Below the pieces are notes generated by a model. It made no database searches, was not told where the DNA came from, and was given only the letters and a program-made list of their open reading frames with translations. From Vibrio vulnificus CMCP6 (GTDB lineage: Bacteria; Pseudomonadota; Gammaproteobacteria; Enterobacterales; Vibrionaceae), in assembly GCF_000039765.1 (NCBI RefSeq), contig NC_004460.2, positions 420,001 to 452,000 of the forward strand: a stretch of 32,000 nucleotides of DNA, written 5' to 3'. The translations under genes were made by a program, and so were the position numbers. Shown piece by piece: positions 17,957 to 25,551 of the stretch (the first letter of the stretch is position 1; the number at the start of each line of letters is the position of its first letter).

Positions 17957-17997
17957 GGCCCATCTTTTTGCTTAGTCGAACTGATGGGCCATTTTTT
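17957..17997 (+). terminator. Hairpin/terminator between glpT and glpQ
   Basis: GGCCCATC-(18-nt loop)-GATGGGCC is followed by ATTTTTT. The large loop suggests it may only be partially efficient. Confidence 0.5.
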
Positions 17998-18192
17998 ATG
18001 TCCAGACTACTCGGAGTGGCAGGCAGACGAAAGTGAGTGACGCTCACGAGCGTAAGCGAACCAAAACCTCAACCGCTTCTAGTAGAAAAAAAATAAGCGC
18101 GAGTGTCATGGAGCATTCATATTCCTCCGTCACCATAAGCGCCTCTGATATATACCCAACCAAAATATCGCTATCAGAACAAGGAACTCATC

Positions 18193-19251
18193 ATGAAACT
18201 TACCCCTCTTTTTCTTTCCCTTGCTGGCCTGTTAACCACTTCTGCTTTTGCCGAACCTCTTGTTATTGCTCACCGTGGTGCTTCGGGCTATTTGCCTGAG
18301 CACACACTGGAAGCGAAAACCTTGGCTTATGCCATGAAGCCTGACTACATCGAGCAAGATGTTGTCATGACCAAAGACGACCAATTGGTTGTTTTGCACG
18401 ACCACTACCTGGATCGCGTGACCGATGTTGCTGAGAAATTCCCCAATCGCGCACGTGCTGACGGCCGCTACTACGCCATCGACTTCACTTTGGCTGAAAT
18501 CAAAACCTTGAAAGTGACCGAAGGCTTCAACATCGATGATAAAGGCAACAAAGTGCAGGGCTACCCAACTCGCTTCCCTATGTGGAAGTCTGATTTCACC
18601 GTCCCGACACTGGCCGAAGAAATTGAGCTGATTCAAGGCTTAAACAAAACCCTAGGCTATGACATCGGCATTTATCCTGAGATCAAAGCACCTTGGTTCC
18701 ATCGTCACGAAGGTAAAGACATCAGTAAAGCGGTTCTTAATACGTTGAAAGCGTATGGCTATACCGATAAGAACAATAAAGTCTATTTGCAGTGTTTCGA
18801 TCCGATTGAACTAAAACGCATTAACGATGAGTTGATGCCAGCGATGAAAATGGACCTAAAATTGGTTCAGCTCATGGCCTACACAGACTGGAACGAAACC
18901 ATGGTGTATAAGGGCAACCAAGCATCACCTTATGACTACGATTGGATGTTTAAACCCGGTGCGATGCAAGAAGTCGCGAAATACGCGGAAGGAATTGGCC
19001 CTTGGAAACCGATGCTGGTCGATGACAAATCCACGAAAGAGAACATCATTGTATTACCACTCATGAATGAAGCCAAACAAGCAGGGTTAGCGGTTCATCC
19101 CTACACCTTCCGTGCCGATCCTGGTCGGATTGCCCCTTATGCGACCGATTTCGAGGGTATGCTCGACGTCTTTTACAACCAAGTCAAAGTGGATGGATTG
19201 TTCACCGATTTTCCGGATAAAGCGGTTGCTTTCCTAGAAAAGCAACAGTAA
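18193..19251 (+). CDS. glpQ: Periplasmic glycerophosphodiester phosphodiesterase, 352 aa
   Basis: It has a signal peptide followed by VIAHRGASGYLPEHTLEAK..., LHDHYLDRVTDVA, GIYPEIKAPWFH and GLFTDFPDKAV, as in E. coli GlpQ. Confidence 0.93.
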   Translation: MKLTPLFLSLAGLLTTSAFAEPLVIAHRGASGYLPEHTLEAKTLAYAMKPDYIEQDVVMTKDDQLVVLHDHYLDRVTDVAEKFPNRARADGRYYAIDFTLAEIKTLKVTEGFNIDDKGNKVQGYPTRFPMWKSDFTVPTLAEEIELIQGLNKTLGYDIGIYPEIKAPWFHRHEGKDISKAVLNTLKAYGYTDKNNKVYLQCFDPIELKRINDELMPAMKMDLKLVQLMAYTDWNETMVYKGNQASPYDYDWMFKPGAMQEVAKYAEGIGPWKPMLVDDKSTKENIIVLPLMNEAKQAGLAVHPYTFRADPGRIAPYATDFEGMLDVFYNQVKVDGLFTDFPDKAVAFLEKQQ

Positions 19252-19283
19252 TTCCCCTACAGTCTATAATGACTTAATCCTTT

Positions 19284-19316
19284 AAGGCTGGCATTTTGCC
19301 AGCCTTTATTTTTTTA
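19284..19316 (+). terminator. Intrinsic terminator after glpQ
   Basis: AAGGCTGGC-ATTTT-GCCAGCCTT is followed by TATTTTTTT. Confidence 0.75.
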
Positions 19317-19519
19317 GGACGCTGTTTTGCCGAGCTTTTTTCTTACTAATCGTCACTTTATGGCGTAAGATCCAGATCGCATTAGAGTAAAACACTTAGC
19401 TTCAGGACAAAAATACTTTAATAAAATGTTAAGATTCTCTGGCAGATTGACTACGCTGAAGTCAAAACATTATTTGCTCCGGAGAAATGACATTCCGGAT
19501 AATCTAGCAAGGAGATTTC

Positions 19520-20905
19520 ATGCTTAACCCCATTACCGCGAAAGCGGTTATTGATCATGCCCTATTTCTAGGGGCCGACTTTGCGGAGTTGTTTGTCGAA
19601 CATCATCAGACAAACAGCATTCAATTCAACTCTCAGGAAGTCGACAAAATAAACTCTGGTATCGATTTTGGTATTGGTATCCGACTCTTCTTCGGCCATA
19701 AAGTCCTGTATGGTTTTACCAACAGCACCGAAGAAAGTGAGTTGAAACGCGTGACTAGCCTCCTCGCGGCAAAAGACAAGCGCGATCAAATCGCTCAAGC
19801 TGGCTCATTGAATCTCATTCGATATCCCGTACAACACGTATCACATCAGCCACTCAGCAAAGACCCGTATTTGGATTCAAAAATTGCCTTCTTGCATCAA
19901 GCGGATCTTGCCGCTCGAGCACAAAGTGACAAGATTACGCAGTTCATGGGCTCAGTATTACAACGTGAGCAGCAAATTGAGATCTTTAACTCAGAAGGTT
20001 TGCATATCGGTGATACACGACACTACATCCGTGTTGCAACAAACGCTGTAGCCCAAGATGGCAGCGAGCAAAGCGTTGGTATGGAAGGCCCTGGCGCATT
20101 AATGGGCTGGGAATTTAGCCAGCAATTGGACGCAAAAGCACTAGGACAAGAAGTGGCAGAACAAGCACTGGTGAAGTTGAATGCCGATGTCTGCCCTTCT
20201 GGTGAAATGCCCGTCGTGATTGGCAACGGTTTTGGTGGCGTTATTTTCCATGAAGCCTGTGGTCACTTACTAGAAACCACCTCTGTTGCCAAAAAAGCGT
20301 CTGTTTTCCATGACAAAATGGGCGAAATGATCGCACATTCTGCTGTGAGCGCCGTCGACGATGGCACCATGACCAACGAATGGGGCTCGATTCATATTGA
20401 CGATGAAGGCATGGAGACTCAACGCACTCAGCTTATTAAAGATGGCAAGCTTACCAGCTTCATGGTCGACAAAATGGGTGGCCTAAAAACCGGTTACGCG
20501 CCAACGGGCTCAGGCCGACGCCAAAACTATAAATTCGCACCAACCTCTCGCATGAGAAATACCTTTATTGAAGAAGGTGATAGTACTTTCGATGAGATGA
20601 TCTCAAGCATTGAGAAAGGCATTTACGCGAAAAAGTTAGGCGGTGGTTCGGTTCAACCCGGTACAGGTGAATTTAACTTCGCCGTACGTGAAGCGTACCT
20701 CATCGAAAATGGCAAAATCACTAAACCATTAAAAACCGCGACCCTCATTAGCACCGGGCCCAAAGTTCTCAAAGAGATCAGCATGGTAGGTAAAGACATG
20801 GCTCTTGCACCTGGTATGTGTGGTTCGGTCAGTGGCTCAGTTCCGACCACCGTCGGCCAGCCCTCGTTGAAAGTGGATAAGATTCTCGTTGGAGGTGGTA
20901 ACTAA
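19520..20905 (+). CDS. tldD: TldD-family metalloprotease, 461 aa
   Basis: It has the HEACGH (HExxxH) zinc motif, TldD/PmbA family length and a C-terminal GxC...G pattern. AAGGAG lies upstream. Its stop overlaps the next start (TAATG). Confidence 0.85.
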   Translation: MLNPITAKAVIDHALFLGADFAELFVEHHQTNSIQFNSQEVDKINSGIDFGIGIRLFFGHKVLYGFTNSTEESELKRVTSLLAAKDKRDQIAQAGSLNLIRYPVQHVSHQPLSKDPYLDSKIAFLHQADLAARAQSDKITQFMGSVLQREQQIEIFNSEGLHIGDTRHYIRVATNAVAQDGSEQSVGMEGPGALMGWEFSQQLDAKALGQEVAEQALVKLNADVCPSGEMPVVIGNGFGGVIFHEACGHLLETTSVAKKASVFHDKMGEMIAHSAVSAVDDGTMTNEWGSIHIDDEGMETQRTQLIKDGKLTSFMVDKMGGLKTGYAPTGSGRRQNYKFAPTSRMRNTFIEEGDSTFDEMISSIEKGIYAKKLGGGSVQPGTGEFNFAVREAYLIENGKITKPLKTATLISTGPKVLKEISMVGKDMALAPGMCGSVSGSVPTTVGQPSLKVDKILVGGGN

Positions 20906-22248
20906 TGAGTCAGAAACAAACACTGCTTAACGCCATCGATCATCTTTTGGCGGAAACCCAAAAGCGTGGCGCACAAGCGGACATCATCGCGCAAGCCAAT
21001 GACAACTTTTCGCTCAAAGCCAATAAAGGCCAGCTGGACGAATACAAAGTCAGTACTTCACAGGTTATCGGTATTCGGGTGGTCAAAGATGACCGTGTAG
21101 CAACCAGTTACTCTGAGTCTCTCGCAACAGAAAGCCTCGACATGATGCTTAATAATGCGTTAGAAAGTGCCAAATACGCCAAGATTGACCCTCACCAAAA
21201 AATCAGTGTGGTCGGCAGTCAAATCATCAGCGACTACGCGGAGCTTAATCAAGAGTGTGATGCCACAGTCGATGACAAAATCGCTTTGAGTTTGCGCTTG
21301 GAACAAGGTGTCGTAAGCCGCCCACACGCAACAAGCTCGCCGTACAACGGCTATAGTGATAACCGCTCGCAAATTTTGATTGCAAACAGCCAAGGGACAC
21401 TTTGCGAGCAGGCGGAACGTTATCACTCGGCTTACGCCTACACGCTGTTTGAAAAAGAGGGCAAGCAATCTATGGCGGGGGCGATGAGCATTGGCCGACG
21501 TTATATCGATCTCGATCCTGAGTATTGCATTGAAGCAGGTTACCAACTCGCCAAAGATCTGCTCGATGGCGAAGCGGTGGCGACGGGTAACTATGCGGTC
21601 ATTTTCGATATTGATGCCCTAAGCGAATTGTTTGGCGCGTTTTCAGCTTGTTTTTCTGCCTCTGTGGCGATGAAAGGCTTAAGCCCTCTGCGCGATAAGG
21701 TTGGCAGCGTGATCGCCAGTCCACTTATTTCTTTCTCCAGTAAAGCCTATGTAGAAGGCGGGTTCCGTATCCATAGCTTTGACAGCGAAGGTTTTGCCGC
21801 GCGTGATTTGGTATTGATCGGCGACGGTGAACTCAACTCTCTGCTGCACAACAGTCAAACGGCCTCTTTCTTTGGTGTTGAAAACACTGGGCATGCATCA
21901 CGTGGACCAAAAGAAGGCTTGGAAATTTCAGCACACCATAAAGTGATTAACGCTGGCACAAGTAGCTTCTCAGAAGTCACTGCTGGCGAGTATCTCGAGC
22001 TTGTTGAGCTGCAAGGAGTACACTCTGGCGCAGATTTTATCAGTGGCGATTTCTCATTTGGCGCAAGCGGATTCCTTTGTCGAGACGGCCAAAGAATCCA
22101 ACCCGTACGTGGCATTACGGTCGCAGGTAATTTCTATCAAATGTTGAAAGAGGTTGATGCGTTAGGGTCGGTACTTGAATCCAACGACGGCGGCTCATTC
22201 TTCGCACCAAAGGTACGTTTCTCTCGCTTGAGCATAGGCGGGAAATAG
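20905..22248 (+). CDS. pmbA: PmbA/TldE-family protein (partner subunit of TldD), 447 aa
   Basis: It belongs to the same family fold but lacks the HExxxH motif. It is translationally coupled to tldD through a TAATG overlap. Confidence 0.8.
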   Translation: MSQKQTLLNAIDHLLAETQKRGAQADIIAQANDNFSLKANKGQLDEYKVSTSQVIGIRVVKDDRVATSYSESLATESLDMMLNNALESAKYAKIDPHQKISVVGSQIISDYAELNQECDATVDDKIALSLRLEQGVVSRPHATSSPYNGYSDNRSQILIANSQGTLCEQAERYHSAYAYTLFEKEGKQSMAGAMSIGRRYIDLDPEYCIEAGYQLAKDLLDGEAVATGNYAVIFDIDALSELFGAFSACFSASVAMKGLSPLRDKVGSVIASPLISFSSKAYVEGGFRIHSFDSEGFAARDLVLIGDGELNSLLHNSQTASFFGVENTGHASRGPKEGLEISAHHKVINAGTSSFSEVTAGEYLELVELQGVHSGADFISGDFSFGASGFLCRDGQRIQPVRGITVAGNFYQMLKEVDALGSVLESNDGGSFFAPKVRFSRLSIGGK

Positions 22249-22305
22249 CGCGAAACACGCCATTATTGTCGACCTCGCACTTTCCTAGTGTGGTCATTTG
22301 AATTC

Positions 22306-22333
22306 ACGGAGGGGTTTCCCTCCGTTTTCGTTT
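22306..22333 (+). terminator. Intrinsic terminator after pmbA
   Basis: ACGGAGGG-GTTT-CCCTCCGT is followed by TTTCGTTTC. Confidence 0.65.
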
Positions 22334-22487
22334 CTGCTCATCTCCACTTGTCATCAAAACAATACACTTGCAAATACTCAACTTAGAGTTGCGACTCTAT
22401 TTTTATTTCTATCAGAGGAATATAATCGCTCCGCCGTTCGCTTTGAGCTTGTTTGAAGCGACATTTTATCTGAGTAGTGGAGTACGG

Positions 22488-23042
22488 ATGAAAAAACACG
22501 CGGGTTTCACTCTGATCGAATTAGTGGTCGTCATCGTCATATTGGGCATACTCGCCGTGACTGTGGCACCAAGATTCTTAAACCTTCAAGACGATGCCAA
22601 AGTGGCACGGCTAGAAGGCATGCGGGGCGCCATCGCTGCTGGTTTGGCAATGGGATACGGCAAAATGGCCATGGCGGGTTTAGAGCATTATCGTTTCATC
22701 TCGAACAGTGCAACTGACCCAGATATCACACCGCCAACCCCAAAAACCAGCTTACCTTTTACGGGTTGCCAAATTGGTGGCTCTGAGCATTGTACATTTC
22801 TATATGGTTATCCTGATGCCGATGACACTGGCTTAACCATTGTGGTCGCGAATCTCAAAGGGGAAGGCTCGGACTGGCAAGTACTTCGCCACCCTTATGA
22901 TCAGAACAATCCTAAACCACGAGAAGTGGTGGTGGCTGTACGTGGTGATGCCAATGCCAGCATGACACAATGTGGCGTTCGCTATGCACCACCGACAACA
23001 GCAAATGCACAATACGAACTGGAAGTCCTACCCTGCCCTTAA
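22488..23042 (+). CDS. Orphan type IV pilin / pseudopilin-like protein (prepilin N-terminal cleavage/methylation domain), 184 aa
   Basis: MKKHAG/FTLIELVVVIVILGILAVTVAPRF is a class III signal with G-1, F+1 and E+5. There are two cysteine pairs (GCQIGGSEHC and QC...PCP). Start set at 22488 (TGGAG lies upstream); the track start at 22368 adds 40 implausible residues. Confidence 0.75.
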   Translation: MKKHAGFTLIELVVVIVILGILAVTVAPRFLNLQDDAKVARLEGMRGAIAAGLAMGYGKMAMAGLEHYRFISNSATDPDITPPTPKTSLPFTGCQIGGSEHCTFLYGYPDADDTGLTIVVANLKGEGSDWQVLRHPYDQNNPKPREVVVAVRGDANASMTQCGVRYAPPTTANAQYELEVLPCP

Positions 23043-23076
23043 TACTCGGCAGTTTCAGTCGTTGTTGATGATATTT

Positions 23077-23117
23077 AAGGCCAAATGACAGAGTTACCTC
23101 ATTTGGCCTTATTTTTT
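23077..23117 (+). terminator. Intrinsic terminator after the pilin-like gene
   Basis: AAGGCCAAATGA-(10-nt loop)-TCATTTGGCCTT forms a 12-bp stem followed by ATTTTTT. Confidence 0.75.
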
Positions 23118-23165
23118 AACTCTTGCGCCGATCTTTGCGCCCGTATTGATGCAAATCGAACAAGT

Positions 23166-23179
23166 TTGATATTTATCAT
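23166..23179. promoter_or_regulatory. FNR-box candidate upstream of dcuC
   Basis: TTGAT-ATTT-ATCAT matches 9 of 10 positions of TTGAT-N4-ATCAA. E. coli dcuC is anaerobically induced via FNR. Confidence 0.4.
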
Positions 23180-23388
23180 ATATTGCATGCATCACTTTCA
23201 CCAACACATAACACCATTTAAACCACCAATATACATGACATCTCTCTATTGAGTTTTATTAAAGCAAAATTTGCTTTAGATCATTCAAAGCTCAACTAGC
23301 CCTCGTGCTACAGAACGCTTTTCTGTACATTCATTGACACATATTGAAACAGTTCTTCCTCATTTTTTAATATTTCATGGAGATTTCT

Positions 23389-24756
23389 ATGCTAGAGCTC
23401 TTAATTGGACTGGTAGTGACCGTTGCGGTTGGTTACTTCATTGTCAAGGGTTACAAAGCGGCAGGTGTGCTACTGACCGCGGGTGTTCTTCTACTGATCC
23501 TAACAGGCGTTCTTGGCCACACTGTCTTGCCTGCCAAAATCACCTCAACAGGTAACATGATCACAGACTCATTAGAGTACGTGAAGTTTATGCTGCAAAA
23601 TCGGGGTGGCGGTTTAGGGATGCAGATCATGTTGCTTTGCGGTTTCGCCGCTTACATGACACATATCGGCGCGAATAATGTCGTTGTAAAACAGTTTTCT
23701 AAACCACTTTCTGTCATTAAATCGCCTTACGTTTTGTTGGTAGCCGCCTATATTGTTGCGTGCTTAATGTCTCTTGCCGTGAGCTCTGCAACTGGTCTGG
23801 GTGTGCTTTTGATGGCAACCCTTTTCCCAATGATGACTGCAATGGGGATTTCTCGCCCGGCGGCAGCTGCCGTGTGTGCGTCACCCGCTGCGATCATTTT
23901 GTCCCCGACTTCTGGTGACGTTGTTATTGCTGCGGAAAAATCAGGCCTCGCTTTGGATGTCTTTGCAGTTCAAACCGTTCTGCCTGTCTCCATTTGTGCA
24001 ATCATTGTCATGTCGGTCGCCGCTTTCTTCTGGAACAAATACCTTGATAAGAAAGACAACACCCCAATGGAAAAGATCGATGTTTCGGAAATCAAAGCCG
24101 ATGCACCTGCATTCTATGCGCTGCTTCCATTCCTACCGATCATTGGTGTTTTCTTATTTAATGGCCGCACCATTCCTGGATTAAGCCTCGATATCTATAC
24201 CATTGTTGTACTGTCGATCTTTATCGGTGCTTTGGTTCACTACGTGGTGAACAAGTTTGATGGTAAGAAATCACTCGAAGATCTCGATGCGTGTTACGAC
24301 GGCATGGCAGATGCCTTCAAAGGCGTTGTGATGTTATTGGTTGCCGCTGGCGTATTTGCCCAAGGCCTTATGTCGATCGGCGCGATTGACAACCTTCTTC
24401 ATCTTGCAGAAACCGCAGGTGCAGGTGGTATCGCGCTCATGCTGATTTTGACTGGTCTTACGGTTGCAGCCGCTATTGCAACGGGATCGGGTAATGCCCC
24501 TTTCTACGCGTTTGTGGAGCTCGCTCCATCTCTGGCCGCAAAAATGGGACTGAATCCAGCATTCTTGATTATTCCAATGTTGCAAGCCTCTAACCTTGGT
24601 CGCACCATTTCTCCCGTTTCTGGCGTGGTGGTGGCTACCTCTGGTATGGCACACATCAGCCCATTTGAAGTAGTAAAACGCACTTCTGTTCCTGTGCTAG
24701 CGGGCTTGATTACCGTCATCCTTGGCACAATGATATTGGTACCAATGAGCGCCTAA
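23389..24756 (+). CDS. dcuC: Anaerobic C4-dicarboxylate carrier, DcuC family, 455 aa
   Basis: It is colinear with my memory of E. coli DcuC (ELLIG..V.VGV..YI.KGY.A.GVL, LCGFAAYMTHIGAN, GSGNAPFYAFVE, PMLQASNLGRT.SPVSGVVVA, SPFEVVKRTSVPVL). The ATG at 23389 is preferred because GGAG lies 7 nt upstream. Confidence 0.9.
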   Translation: MLELLIGLVVTVAVGYFIVKGYKAAGVLLTAGVLLLILTGVLGHTVLPAKITSTGNMITDSLEYVKFMLQNRGGGLGMQIMLLCGFAAYMTHIGANNVVVKQFSKPLSVIKSPYVLLVAAYIVACLMSLAVSSATGLGVLLMATLFPMMTAMGISRPAAAAVCASPAAIILSPTSGDVVIAAEKSGLALDVFAVQTVLPVSICAIIVMSVAAFFWNKYLDKKDNTPMEKIDVSEIKADAPAFYALLPFLPIIGVFLFNGRTIPGLSLDIYTIVVLSIFIGALVHYVVNKFDGKKSLEDLDACYDGMADAFKGVVMLLVAAGVFAQGLMSIGAIDNLLHLAETAGAGGIALMLILTGLTVAAAIATGSGNAPFYAFVELAPSLAAKMGLNPAFLIIPMLQASNLGRTISPVSGVVVATSGMAHISPFEVVKRTSVPVLAGLITVILGTMILVPMSA

Positions 24757-24792
24757 TCGCCTCATATTCTTCATCCTACGTCTGTTTTCTTC

Positions 24793-24821
24793 AAGGCCGA
24801 GCTCTACTGCTTGGCCTTTTT
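24793..24821 (+). terminator. Probable terminator after dcuC
   Basis: AAGGCC-(14-nt loop)-GGCCTT is followed by TTTTC. The stem is short. Confidence 0.45.
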
Positions 24822-24960
24822 CATGTTGGGAAAATATCGACTTATTCATAGAAATAAATGTGCAATCAGTCGCGGTTGCAATACGGTATAAGATTCGAAA
24901 TTTGCCTTTCATGTCAATTGGTTATATAAAAAACCAAAGCATAGACAAATAGGATTTATC

Positions 24961-25551
24961 ATGACTACATTCATCGTTTTTATTGTTCTCACATTGCTGA
25001 TCGTTGTATACGCGATCAGCATCTACAACAAGTTAGTGACTTTGCGAAACCGTTTTAAAAACAGCTTCGCCCAAATCGAAGTGCAGCTCAAACGACGTTA
25101 TGACCTTATCCCGAATCTCGTAAACACCGCTAAAGGGTATATGGAACACGAGAAAGAGACATTTGAACGTGTGATTCAAGCTCGTAACCAAGCACTTTCA
25201 GGTTTAAAAGCGGCGAGCGCTGCGCCAGACAGCGACTCTGCGATCAGCTTACTCAGCCAAGCGGAAGGGGTATTACAAAATGCACTAAGCAAACTCAATG
25301 TTGTGGTGGAAGCCTACCCAGAACTGAAAGCGAATGAAACCATGGCCCAGCTCCAAGAAGAGCTCACCAGCACCGAAAATAAAGTCGCCTTTGCCCGCCA
25401 AGCTTTTAACGACTCCGTCACCAGTTACAACACATACAAACAAACCTTCCCCCCTGTGCTATTTGCAAATATGTTTGGTTTCCTTGATGGAAAACTCCTT
25501 GAGTTTGCCGACAGTGAAGCGATTCAAGAAGCGCCTAAGGTGACCTTCTAA
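24961..25551 (+). CDS. lemA: LemA family membrane protein, 196 aa
   Basis: It has a single N-terminal TM segment followed by YNKLVTLRNRFKNSFAQIEVQLKRRYDLIPNLV...YPELKANE...ENKVAFARQ.FND.V..YN, the LemA pattern. Confidence 0.85.
   Translation: MTTFIVFIVLTLLIVVYAISIYNKLVTLRNRFKNSFAQIEVQLKRRYDLIPNLVNTAKGYMEHEKETFERVIQARNQALSGLKAASAAPDSDSAISLLSQAEGVLQNALSKLNVVVEAYPELKANETMAQLQEELTSTENKVAFARQAFNDSVTSYNTYKQTFPPVLFANMFGFLDGKLLEFADSEAIQEAPKVTF

Noticed and set aside
18033-18299. 88-aa + strand ORF overlapping the glpQ start
   Set aside because: It is out of frame with and overlaps the well-supported glpQ gene. It has no RBS and a Ser/Cys-rich composition.
19426-19527. 33-codon ORF (MLRFSGRLTTLKSKHYLLRRNDIPDNLARRFHA) directly upstream of tldD as a possible TldD/E substrate or leader peptide
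   Set aside because: It has no SD and is highly basic, with none of the Gly/Ser/Cys richness expected of a microcin-type precursor. It overlaps the tldD SD and start. It is probably fortuitous.
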